From an uncultured Bdellovibrionales bacterium (GTDB lineage Bacteria; Patescibacteriota; Minisyncoccia; Moranbacterales; UBA9337), in the NCBI GenBank assembly GCA_964603325.1, contig CAZRUH010000001.1:5452-52053 (forward strand): DNA of 46,602 bases. The letters run 5' to 3'. A program made the position numbers and the translations under genes. Positions within the stretch are counted from its first letter, which is position 1. Each line of letters begins with the position of its first letter. Of this stretch, positions 8,235-16,416 are shown piece after piece. The notes below the pieces were generated by a model that ran no database searches, was not told the DNA's origin, and saw only the letters and a list, made by a program, of their open reading frames with translations.

Positions 8235-8654
8235 TTGGAAATTTTTACAGATGGAAGCATTACTCCCGTAGACGCATTTAATAAAGCGGTGGAGATATTG
8301 GTAAAACAGTTTAGCGCTCTATCGGAAGGAGTAAACAAAACTACACAAACTCAAAAAGAAAAGATTGAAGCGGAAGATAAGCCTCAGGAGTATGAAGCTA
8401 TTTTTGACGACAAGAAAGAAGATGTTTCTGAAGAAGTTGGCAATGAGAAAGAGGCCGGCAATATTAAAATTGAAGAATTAAAGGGATTGTCTACCAGAAC
8501 ACTCAATGCTCTTAAGGATAATAAGATAAGCAAAGTGAAAAAAATTATTTCTTTAAGCGCTGATGATTTGTTGCAATTGGAAGGAATGGGAGAAAAAGGC
8601 GTTAAGGAAATTAAAAAAGCAATTGGTAGTTTGGGATTAATATTGAAAAACTAA
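8235..8654 (+). CDS. rpoA: RNA polymerase alpha subunit, remainder (end of NTD, acidic linker, CTD), same frame as 7653..8222
   Basis: The frame is open from 8223 (DKIILEIFTDGSITPVDAFNKAVEILVKQF). The track's M at 8235 is a TTG codon. The CTD helix-hairpin-helix is LSTRTLNALKDNKISKVKKIISLSADDLLQLEGMGEKGVKEIKKAI. Confidence 0.85.
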   Translation: MEIFTDGSITPVDAFNKAVEILVKQFSALSEGVNKTTQTQKEKIEAEDKPQEYEAIFDDKKEDVSEEVGNEKEAGNIKIEELKGLSTRTLNALKDNKISKVKKIISLSADDLLQLEGMGEKGVKEIKKAIGSLGLILKN

Positions 8655-8667
8655 TCTTAAAAACATT

Positions 8668-9033
8668 ATGAGGAATAGAAAAAAAGGAAGAAAATTGGGC
8701 AGAGTGAGGAACCAGCGAAAAGCGCTTATTGCCGGTTTGGTTTCCAATCTAATAATAAATGAAAAAATTACCACGACTGAAGCCAAAGCTAAAGAAATTA
8801 AACCGGTAATTGATAAAGTCATCACTAAAGCCAAAAAATCAGAAAGTGATGCCATAAAAAAAGTGGCTGTCATAAGGGATTTGCGTAAGAATTTAAACAA
8901 AGAAGCGGTAAAAAAAATTACCGGAGATTTTTTGCAAAAATTTTCTAAAAGAAATAGTGGCTACACCAGAATAATTAAATTACCCAACAGAAAAAGTGAT
9001 GATGCGAGAATGGCGGTAATTGAGTTTGTTTAA
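8668..9033 (+). CDS. rplQ: 50S ribosomal protein L17
   Basis: Contains RKLGRVRNQRKALIAGLVSNLIINEKITTTEAKAKE and GYTRIIKLPNRKSDDARMAVIEFV. Confidence 0.9.
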   Translation: MRNRKKGRKLGRVRNQRKALIAGLVSNLIINEKITTTEAKAKEIKPVIDKVITKAKKSESDAIKKVAVIRDLRKNLNKEAVKKITGDFLQKFSKRNSGYTRIIKLPNRKSDDARMAVIEFV

Positions 9034-9054
9034 TTTTAAATTTTTGAGAAAAAT

Positions 9055-9447
9055 ATGAAGCAGAAATATTATGAGTTTAATGCCCAAGGGAAAGTTTTAG
9101 GAAGATTGGCAACAAAAATTGCTGAAGTTTTGAGTGGAAAAAGAAAAGTTGATTATGTTCCCAACATAGACAATGGAGATTATGTTGTTGTAATAAATTC
9201 TGACGGAGTAGTTGTTACCGGCAACAAAAATAAGGATAAAAAATATTTTAGACATAGTGGGTATCCCGGTGGGATTAAGGAGATTTCTTTTAATGAACAA
9301 TTAAAAAAAGATTCTCGTAAAATAATAGAAAAGGCTGTTTATGGGATGTTGCCAAAAAATAAATTAAGAGCAAAAATGATGAAAAGATTATTGATTTATA
9401 AAAATGATCAACACAAGCACAAGATTGATATAAGTGATAAAAAATAG
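9055..9447 (+). CDS. rplM: 50S ribosomal protein L13
   Basis: Contains GKVLGRLATKIAEVLSGKRKVDYVPNIDNGDYVVVIN and YFRHSGYPGGIKE. Confidence 0.95.
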   Translation: MKQKYYEFNAQGKVLGRLATKIAEVLSGKRKVDYVPNIDNGDYVVVINSDGVVVTGNKNKDKKYFRHSGYPGGIKEISFNEQLKKDSRKIIEKAVYGMLPKNKLRAKMMKRLLIYKNDQHKHKIDISDKK

Positions 9448-9458
9448 GATTTAATTTT

Positions 9459-9929
9459 ATGGTTAAAGAAAAAATTGCAAAAAAGGGCACTAAAAAAAAG
9501 GAGACTAAAAAAGGAAAAAACAATGATTCGGAAAAATATTTTTACGCGGTCGGCAGAAGAAAAACAGCAGTGGCTCAGGTGCGATTATTTCCCGGTGACG
9601 ATGTCAAAGAAAGTGATTTGCTAGTGAACAATAAAAAGATGAGCGACTACTTTTTTCGTGATGATTTACGTTTAACGTTTATGGAACCGTTAAAAATTAT
9701 AGGGGGAGAAGGTAAATTTAGAGTTAGTGCTTTAGTAAAGGGTGGTGGAATTACGGGCCAAGCTGAAGCTATAAGACTTGGAATTGCCAGAGCCTTAATT
9801 AAATTTGATGAGGAATTAAGAGCGGTTTTGAAAGCGGAAGGATTTCTGAAAAGAGATGCAAGAAAAGTGGAAAGAAAGAAGCCGGGACTAAAGAAGGCTC
9901 GTCGCGCGCCACAATGGTCAAAGCGATAA
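9459..9929 (+). CDS. rpsI: 30S ribosomal protein S9 with a Lys-rich N-terminal extension of about 25 aa
   Basis: Contains YAVGRRKTAVAQVRL, GGGITGQAEAIRLGIARAL, LKRDARKVERKKPGLKKARRAPQWSKR. Confidence 0.95.
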   Translation: MVKEKIAKKGTKKKETKKGKNNDSEKYFYAVGRRKTAVAQVRLFPGDDVKESDLLVNNKKMSDYFFRDDLRLTFMEPLKIIGGEGKFRVSALVKGGGITGQAEAIRLGIARALIKFDEELRAVLKAEGFLKRDARKVERKKPGLKKARRAPQWSKR

Positions 9930-9961
9930 TACTTTTGTTTAACTTGAAAAATAACTTCAAA

Positions 9962-9990
9962 AACGCAATTACTTTTAATTGCGTTTTTTG
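9962..9990 (+). terminator. Rho-independent terminator of the ribosomal-protein operon
   Basis: AACGCAATT (9962-9970) pairs with AATTGCGTT (9977-9985), followed by a T-run. Confidence 0.7.
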
Positions 9991-10066
9991 ATTTTTATAA
10001 AATAGTGTGGTATTATTTTATTGCTATGGGATAAAAGTTATTCTTGTATATTGGATTAAAAAAAGA

Positions 10067-10118
10067 ACCTAGCGATTACCAAAGGTCAGCTCTTATTCGC
10101 TAGGTGGGGCTGACCTTT
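10067..10118 (+). promoter_or_regulatory. Two interleaved perfect stems (H-type pseudoknot or bistable switch) in the lysS upstream region
   Basis: S1: ACCTAGCGA (10067-10075) pairs with TCGCTAGGT (10097-10105), 9 bp. S2: AAAGGTCAGC (10081-10090) pairs with GCTGACCTTT (10109-10118), 10 bp. The order is S1a-S2a-S1b-S2b. Confidence 0.3.
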
Positions 10119-10232
10119 AGTAATTTAAACAAATTTATCAATATATGTGTGGAGCATTTTGATTAGACTTGGAAAATATAATTATTCTGTTAAATAAATT
10201 ATATTTTGTGGGTTTGGTTAGTTTATTGGGCA

Positions 10233-11693
10233 ATGAAAAATATGGAAAATGATATTAGAAAAATTAAATTGGAAAAAATAAAAAACCTAAGAGATGCGGG
10301 GATGGAAGTATATCCTTCCAAAAGCAAAAGAGATTTTACAAATTCAGAGGCGCTGAATAAATTTGATGAATTGGCAAATAAGGAAATTTATTTGGTCGGC
10401 AGAGTTCGTTCTTTGCGTCCAATGGGAGGATCAGCTTTTTGTCATATTGAAGATGGAAGCGGGAAGATACAATTGTTTTTAAATAAAAACAATATAGATG
10501 AAAAAAAATATAAACTATTTGTTAAGAATATAGAATTGGGAGATTTTATTCAAGTTAAAGGAGTTTTGTTTAAAACCAAAACCGGAGAAAAGTCACTTCG
10601 GGTTATTGATTGGAAAATTTTAAGTAAAACATTAAAACCTTTCCCAACTGAGCATTTTGGATTTAAAAATGAGGAAGAAAGATTTAGAAAGAGATATTTG
10701 GATTTATTTTTTAATAAAGAAGAAAGAGAAATTTTTGTGCGACGGGCAAAATTCTGGCAAGCCATACAGAGATTTATGATTGAACATAATTTTTTGCAAA
10801 TAGAAACTCCATACATTGAAACGACTACCGGTGGAGCGGAAGCTCGTCCTTTTGCAACTCATCACAATGACTTTGATTTATCTGTATATATGAGAATTTG
10901 TGTTGGTGAGCTTTGGCAGAAAAGATTGATGGCGGCGGGAATGGAGAAAACTTTTGAAATTGGGAGAGTCTTTCGCAATGAAGGAACCAGTCCAAATCAC
11001 TTGCAAGAATTTACCAATATGGAGTTTTATTGGGCATATGCTGACTACAGAGACGGTATGGAATTTGTAAAAAAGATGTATCGTCAAATCGCTAAAGAAG
11101 TTTATGGAAAAACAAAGTTTGAAGTTCGCGAACATAAATTTGATTTAGCTGATGAGTGGAAAGAGATTGATTATGTTGATGAGGTGAAGAAGCAAACAGG
11201 TGTTAATATTTTGAAAGCTAGTGATGATGATTTAAAAAATAAACTCAAAGAATTGAATGTGAAATATGATGGAAATAATCGAGAAAGATTTGTTGATTCG
11301 CTTTGGAAGTACTGTCGGGCTAATATTCCCGGACCGGCATTTTTAGTTAATCATCCAACTTTTATATCACCATTAGCGAAGAGGAAAGCTGATAATCCAA
11401 AGCAGGCAGAAAGATTTCAAGTTTTATTGGGTGGAGCAGAAGTGGGTAGTGGATATTCAGAATTAAATGATCCTATTGATCAAAAAAAACGATTTGAGGA
11501 GCAACAAAAACTTCTAGAAGCTGGTGATGATGAGGCTATGATGCCAGACTGGGAATTTGTGGAGATGTTAGAATATGGAATGCCTCCGACTTGCGGATTC
11601 GGAGTGGGCGAGAGATTGTTTGCTTTTTTTGAAAACAAAACTCTTCGTGAAGTAACACTCTTTCCTTTGGTTAAACCAAAGAAAAATCAGTAG
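10233..11693 (+). CDS. lysS: Lysyl-tRNA synthetase, class II
   Basis: Has an OB-fold N-domain (GRVRSLRPMGGSAFCHIEDGSGKIQLF). Class II motifs are FRNEGTSPNHLQEFTNMEFY, GSGYSELNDP and PPTCGFGVGERL. ATG 10233 is preferred over TTG 10206. Confidence 0.9.
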   Translation: MKNMENDIRKIKLEKIKNLRDAGMEVYPSKSKRDFTNSEALNKFDELANKEIYLVGRVRSLRPMGGSAFCHIEDGSGKIQLFLNKNNIDEKKYKLFVKNIELGDFIQVKGVLFKTKTGEKSLRVIDWKILSKTLKPFPTEHFGFKNEEERFRKRYLDLFFNKEEREIFVRRAKFWQAIQRFMIEHNFLQIETPYIETTTGGAEARPFATHHNDFDLSVYMRICVGELWQKRLMAAGMEKTFEIGRVFRNEGTSPNHLQEFTNMEFYWAYADYRDGMEFVKKMYRQIAKEVYGKTKFEVREHKFDLADEWKEIDYVDEVKKQTGVNILKASDDDLKNKLKELNVKYDGNNRERFVDSLWKYCRANIPGPAFLVNHPTFISPLAKRKADNPKQAERFQVLLGGAEVGSGYSELNDPIDQKKRFEEQQKLLEAGDDEAMMPDWEFVEMLEYGMPPTCGFGVGERLFAFFENKTLREVTLFPLVKPKKNQ

Positions 11694-11721
11694 TCTTTGA
11701 TATTTTATTTTTGATTTTGAA

Positions 11722-12138
11722 ATGAACATTAAGAAATCGTTTTTAAAAAGTCTAAACAATTTAAAAAGAATGTTGCCAATATTGGTTGGAGTTTTGTTGT
11801 TGGTAAATTTGGTGACGCATGCCATTGATAATTTCTATTTAAATATTTTTACGGGAAATTTGGTTAAAGATTCTTTTGTTGGAGCTTTGGCGGGAAGTTT
11901 CTCTTTCGGTATGCCCATAACCAGTTATATCATTGGAGGAGAACTTTTAAAAAAGGGAATCAGTTTGATAGCCATTACGGCATTTATTTTAACATGGTCA
12001 ACGGTTGGATTGGTTATGATACCGTTGGAAATCTCTTTTTTGGGAAAAAGATTTGCCATAGCAAGAAATATTTTAAATTTTATTTTCGCCATAGTCATAT
12101 CTATCCTAACCGTTCTAATTTTAAATTTTGTAAAATAA
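11722..12138 (+). CDS. Small polytopic membrane protein, putative permease subunit (first half of a split pair)
   Basis: 138 aa with about 4 hydrophobic helices. Separated by 4 nt from the next membrane ORF. The family assignment (two-component permease/DUF318-like) is only a resemblance. Confidence 0.45.
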   Translation: MNIKKSFLKSLNNLKRMLPILVGVLLLVNLVTHAIDNFYLNIFTGNLVKDSFVGALAGSFSFGMPITSYIIGGELLKKGISLIAITAFILTWSTVGLVMIPLEISFLGKRFAIARNILNFIFAIVISILTVLILNFVK

Positions 12139-12142
12139 GAAT

Positions 12143-12664
12143 ATGTTGTCTTTTTTTAAAAAAACAAAAATTTCCGGTAAAAATAAATTTTTGATATTTG
12201 TCGGATTGGTTTATTTTTTATTATTTATTAAAGACTCATCATCGGCCATTATGGCTATAAAAAATACAGCCATAATGCTTGTAAAGATTTTTCCATTGTT
12301 GGTAATAGTATTATTTTTTATGAGTGTTGTAAATTTATACATTGAATCCGGAAAAATCAAAGAGCATATGGGAAAGGAGTCCGGAATAAAAGGAATAATG
12401 TATGCGATAATTGCCGGAATTTTAGTGTCCGGTCCACCATATGTTTTATTTCCAATGTTAAGAGACCTTAAAAAAGGAGGAGCGAGAAGCGGTTTATTGG
12501 CCATATTTCTCTATAATAGAAATATAAAAATACCATATATACCGGTTATGATATATTATTTTGGCTTAAATTTTACAATAATAATTTCAACATTAATTGT
12601 GTTGTTCTCTATATTAAATGGAATGTTGGTGGAATTCTTTGCAGAAAGAAGGTTTGAAAAGTAA
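12143..12664 (+). CDS. Small polytopic membrane protein, putative permease subunit (second half)
   Basis: 173 aa and hydrophobic throughout. Contains GILVSGPPYVLFPMLRDLKKGGA. Tightly coupled to 11722..12138. Confidence 0.45.
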   Translation: MLSFFKKTKISGKNKFLIFVGLVYFLLFIKDSSSAIMAIKNTAIMLVKIFPLLVIVLFFMSVVNLYIESGKIKEHMGKESGIKGIMYAIIAGILVSGPPYVLFPMLRDLKKGGARSGLLAIFLYNRNIKIPYIPVMIYYFGLNFTIIISTLIVLFSILNGMLVEFFAERRFEK

Positions 12665-12675
12665 AAACAACAAAA

Positions 12676-12704
12676 AACCGCCGAGTATTACTCGGCGGTT
12701 TTTG
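12676..12704. terminator. Bidirectional rho-independent terminator between convergent genes
   Basis: CCGCCGAGT (12678-12686) pairs with ACTCGGCGG (12690-12698). Flanked by an A-run upstream and a T-run downstream. Confidence 0.75.
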
Positions 12705-12707
12705 TGT

Positions 12708-12908
12708 TTACGCTAAGCTGACATTTACGGCATTTAGTCCCTTGGGACCATCATTTACCTCAAATGTCACGCTGTCGCCTTCTTTAAGATCATTGAATTC
12801 TACACCCTGTAGTTCGGAAGCGTGAAAGAATATATCTTTCTCTTTTCCTTCTTCAGATATAAAACCAAATCCTCTATCAGTAAGACGAGCAATTTTTCCA
12901 TTGTTCAT
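12708..12908 (-). CDS. Cold-shock domain protein (CspA family)
   Basis: Translates to MNNGKIARLTDRGFGFISEEGKEKDIFFHASELQGVEFNDLKEGDSVTFEVNDGPKGLNAVNV, with RNP1-like GFGFI and RNP2-like FFH. The track ORF extends to a GTG at 12974 (88 aa). The 66-aa ATG form matches normal Csp length. Confidence 0.75.
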   Translation of the reverse strand: MNNGKIARLTDRGFGFISEEGKEKDIFFHASELQGVEFNDLKEGDSVTFEVNDGPKGLNAVNVSLA

Positions 12909-12995
12909 CGTTATTATAGGATAAGATTTATTAAACTCAAACTCAGGGCGCTCTTCAAATATAAATTTGTTCACAACTCTGATTTGATTACTTTC

Positions 12996-13024
12996 AGTGT
13001 ATCATAGTTAATGTTTTTTGTCAA
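12996..13024 (-). promoter_or_regulatory. Candidate promoter for csp (minus strand)
   Basis: On the minus strand: TTGACA (13024-13019), a 17-nt spacer, then TACACT (13001-12996). This would give a long 5' UTR of about 85 nt if translation starts at 12908. Confidence 0.3.
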
Positions 13025-13054
13025 AGAAAGCAATGTTAATTTTTTATTGGCAAC

Positions 13055-14899
13055 TTATTTTTGATTTCCTCTAAGAACTTTCGTTTTTTCGAAAATTTTT
13101 ACAAAATTATTTTTCCTGTTTCCAAGATTTATAATGTAATTATAGTTATTTTGTAAATATAATTTATCAATTCTTGGAACAGTTTTGTTTCCATGTGATA
13201 GACTATAGTTTATTTTTCTGGTAACTAAATTTTTTCTTCCTGAAGATACAATATAATAATCAAAATCAAATTCTCTTAATTTTTTTTCTTTGAAGCGAGA
13301 ATAACAATTTCCGACAAAAAATACGCAAACCCCCTTTTTGTCTGACCAAATATTTAAATATTTCGCATCCGGTAAAGAGTTTAAATATTGCGCCGCTTCA
13401 TAAGAGCCCGAACCCATGTCCTTATGATCCAGAAAATATTTTTCCGGCAATAAATTTGATACATAACTCATATAGTATGGTTTAATTTTGTATAGGGGGG
13501 CAATAAGAGCGATTAATAAAAATACAAAAACCAAATATTTTTTTACACTTCCTTCAAGCATTTTTAGTATGTTTGATAAAGAAACTCCCGCCATAATCAA
13601 GATTAGGGGATAGAGAATTATTTGATAGCGTATGGTTCCTGATACTTTAGAAAACAATGATGCAAAAAAATAAAGAAGAATAAATATGGAAAAGTAGATG
13701 AATATTTTTTGATTTTGAGAAATTTTTAATTTTCTTGTAAATATAATTTTGAGAAAGTTCCATATTATCAGCAGTAGCGCCAAGGGAGAAATTCCAAAAA
13801 GCAACGGATAAAAATTTGTCAAATAGAAAAAGAACGCGTTTTTTAGTTGCCCATATGATGATTTTGGTGATGCTAAAACATTTCCAAAATCAAAAAGTGG
13901 ATTTCTTAGAAAGATATTTATAAAAGCAAAAACAATAAAAAATACAAAAATAGTACTTATCATTTTTGCAATCAGTACTTTGTATTTTTTTAGAAAAATT
14001 AATATTTTGTCAAAAATATATCCTTTTAAAACAAAATTATCAAAGAATAAAAAAATAATGAGTCCTACGAAATATTGCCAAGTTGAAGAAAATGCTTGTG
14101 AGAATATGGTGGCTTTAAATATCCGACTTGTTTTCACCCAAACAGCGGGATATATCAAAGAAAAAGTTGCTATTGATATTATCACAAACTTTAAATAAGA
14201 TATTAACTCTTTTTGTAAATATTCTTTGGTTTTTTTAGAAATTTCTTTTTTTGAGAATATATAATTTAAAAAAGGTAAAAGTAGGATAAATATGTATAAT
14301 ATATTTGAAACATATTTTGTTGCTATAGCCAGTCCCATAAACATTCCAGACAAATAGAGAAATTTGTTATCTTGATGCTTAAAGTAGGTGAGGTAACTTA
14401 AAATGGTTGCTGTAGAAAATATCCAAAGAAGAGAATCGGGATTTATGAGGCGACTTATTCCAAGTAAAATCGGGGACAGTGATACAAATATTGTTGCAAA
14501 AATGGCGGTATTTTTTCCAAGTATTTTCTTGAGAAAGAAAAATAATAATGGTGTAAACAATATGGCACAGAATAAAATTGTGGTTCTAAATCCCAGAAGC
14601 ATATTTTCCAATTTTTGGGTGTCGGCACAATTATTTTTACAATTGATAAGATTGTTGGTATTAAGGAGACCGACTCCCGTTATCCACATTACCGTTACGC
14701 CCGGTTTATCGCTTCGTCTTGTCCCATTCCAATCCCTTTCTCCGATATTTTGCCAAAATTTCGGGATACGGTTATAAAGCCAAAGCGCTTCGTCCACATA
14801 AGACTCTTTTTGTATTTTATATATTCCAAAAAAAAGTTGTAAAAACATTAGAAATAAAATAATAATGGTTGTGGATTTAATTCTGATAAATTTTTCCAT
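13055..14899 (-). CDS. GT-C fold membrane glycosyltransferase, family 39 (ArnT / dolichyl-phosphate-mannose protein mannosyltransferase-like)
   Basis: 614 aa with more than 10 TM helices. Has an early loop YVDEALW (DE-type motif) and a C-terminal soluble domain. This architecture is typical of PMT_2/ArnT enzymes. Confidence 0.7.
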   Translation of the reverse strand: MEKFIRIKSTTIIILFLMFLQLFFGIYKIQKESYVDEALWLYNRIPKFWQNIGERDWNGTRRSDKPGVTVMWITGVGLLNTNNLINCKNNCADTQKLENMLLGFRTTILFCAILFTPLLFFFLKKILGKNTAIFATIFVSLSPILLGISRLINPDSLLWIFSTATILSYLTYFKHQDNKFLYLSGMFMGLAIATKYVSNILYIFILLLPFLNYIFSKKEISKKTKEYLQKELISYLKFVIISIATFSLIYPAVWVKTSRIFKATIFSQAFSSTWQYFVGLIIFLFFDNFVLKGYIFDKILIFLKKYKVLIAKMISTIFVFFIVFAFINIFLRNPLFDFGNVLASPKSSYGQLKNAFFFYLTNFYPLLFGISPLALLLIIWNFLKIIFTRKLKISQNQKIFIYFSIFILLYFFASLFSKVSGTIRYQIILYPLILIMAGVSLSNILKMLEGSVKKYLVFVFLLIALIAPLYKIKPYYMSYVSNLLPEKYFLDHKDMGSGSYEAAQYLNSLPDAKYLNIWSDKKGVCVFFVGNCYSRFKEKKLREFDFDYYIVSSGRKNLVTRKINYSLSHGNKTVPRIDKLYLQNNYNYIINLGNRKNNFVKIFEKTKVLRGNQK

Positions 14900-14940
14900 A
14901 TTTTTGCGTTAATTGTGAATACTATAGATATAAATTTAGA

Positions 14941-16410
14941 TTATTTTTTCAATAAAAGCAAATCTTTTGCGGTCAATTCTTTAAGTATGTATAAAACAAA
15001 GAAATATATCATTGTTAAAGCAAAAGACCAAAAGATAAACGAAAAAGAACTAACCGGCAAAAATTTTGCCAAAAAATATATAAAGGCGGTAGTTATTGTT
15101 ATTTTTAAAATTGATTTTATTTTTGGAATAACATTAAATTCTTTTTTTGTAAGATAAATAATAATTATCATTACAAAAAGAGAGCTTGCAGTGGTAGCGA
15201 TAGAGGCTCCAAGTAATTGGTATTTTGGAATTAAAAGATAATTAAGTGTGGCATTTAACATCATTCCAAAAAAAGCAATCCACATCGGCAGTTTAACTTT
15301 TCCCAATCCGGAAAAAGCAAAACTGAGAACATAAAAGACGGTCAAGAAACCGATACCGACAACTAAAATTTTCATTGGTGTAGCGGATAAAGAATATTTG
15401 TTTCCATAAAATATGTCAATGATAAAAGGACTGAAAACATTCATCAATACTATCATTAGCGGTAAAATGGTGAACATCAATTTAAATGCTTGGAGTATGG
15501 TTTTTTTTATCGCTTTTTTGTTTTTTTGGGCGTTTAATTTGGATATGCTTGGCAAGAGAACAATGGTTAACGCATAAAACAAATAATAGGGTATGCGTCC
15601 GACAGTTAATGCTCCGTTATAAATTCCGGTAAGAAAATTGTCTTGTAAAAGGGCTTTAACCATATACAAATCTATGGAAATCATTATTTCATAAAAAAGA
15701 AGAAATAAAGTGAATGGCCAAGCATAGTTGAATAATTTCTTTGCCGGAAAATGGACGGAAATATTTTCGGTGGAATTTTTGGGATATTTTTTAGAAATCC
15801 AAAAAATGTCTAGTATCCAAGCGATAATAAAGACAGAGAATGGCGCCAGCACATATCCGATAATGGATCCTTTTAATTTGAAAAACCAGGCTAAGGATAA
15901 AATGAAAATAACTTTGGCTATGGAGCGGATAGTTTTTAAAATGGCTTGTAAATTGAACTTGTGGATGCCTGTAAAATAGTAAAAATAAAAAGACGCCATC
16001 GCAAAAGCGGGAATAATCAGAGTAGATATTCTAAATAAATGAGTTAAAGACGGGTCCTTCAGGATATTGGAAATTATCGGCGCCAAAAGGAAGAATAATA
16101 AGGTAACGATTCCAATTAAAAATGTTTGCAGAAAAACGGTTTTTCGCTTGATAACACTTACCATAGCGGGATTACTTTCAAAAACTTCACTTAAAAATTT
16201 GCTCATTGCCGTAGGTATTCCATTTCCTATGAGCACAATAATCATTGTTGTTAAAGTAATGACAAGTCCGTATTTTCCATAATCTGTCGGCTCCAAAATT
16301 CTTCCAACTCCGGAGTGAATGATATATCCCGAAATATTGAATATTATCTCCGATATTGTCAACCAAAAAGCTGACTTGACTATGTGTTGAGTATGTTCAT
16401 TTTTAGACAT
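14941..16410 (-). CDS. Oligosaccharide/polysaccharide flippase (MOP superfamily, Wzx-like)
   Basis: 489 aa with about 14 TM helices. The N-terminus SAFWLTISEIIFNISGYIIHSGVGRILEPTDYGKYGL resembles the Polysacc_synt family. Confidence 0.75.
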   Translation of the reverse strand: MSKNEHTQHIVKSAFWLTISEIIFNISGYIIHSGVGRILEPTDYGKYGLVITLTTMIIVLIGNGIPTAMSKFLSEVFESNPAMVSVIKRKTVFLQTFLIGIVTLLFFLLAPIISNILKDPSLTHLFRISTLIIPAFAMASFYFYYFTGIHKFNLQAILKTIRSIAKVIFILSLAWFFKLKGSIIGYVLAPFSVFIIAWILDIFWISKKYPKNSTENISVHFPAKKLFNYAWPFTLFLLFYEIMISIDLYMVKALLQDNFLTGIYNGALTVGRIPYYLFYALTIVLLPSISKLNAQKNKKAIKKTILQAFKLMFTILPLMIVLMNVFSPFIIDIFYGNKYSLSATPMKILVVGIGFLTVFYVLSFAFSGLGKVKLPMWIAFFGMMLNATLNYLLIPKYQLLGASIATTASSLFVMIIIIYLTKKEFNVIPKIKSILKITITTAFIYFLAKFLPVSSFSFIFWSFALTMIYFFVLYILKELTAKDLLLLKK

Positions 16411-16416
16411 ATAAAT

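Noticed and set aside
8341-8480. The acidic Glu/Lys-rich linker in RpoA as a possible insertion element or intein.
   Set aside because: It is only about 45-50 aa of low-complexity sequence, with no intein or endonuclease motifs. It is comparable to the acidic linker of Firmicute alpha subunits.
9991-10232. A T-box or lysine (L-box) riboswitch upstream of lysS.
   Set aside because: The structured segment is only about 52 nt. I could not find the T-box consensus, specifier-loop architecture or L-box helices. It is therefore reported only as an unclassified interleaved-stem element.
11994-12194. A 66-aa ORF bridging the two permease genes in another frame.
   Set aside because: It overlaps both better-supported hydrophobic ORFs, and its translation is not membrane-like or conserved-looking.
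14403-14842. Plus-strand ORFs of 124 and 75 aa inside the GT39 gene, plus similar ones inside the flippase (15728.., 16067..) and topA (32136.., 32851..).
   Set aside because: They are antisense to long, well-supported genes. This pattern is typical of spurious ORFs in AT-rich DNA.
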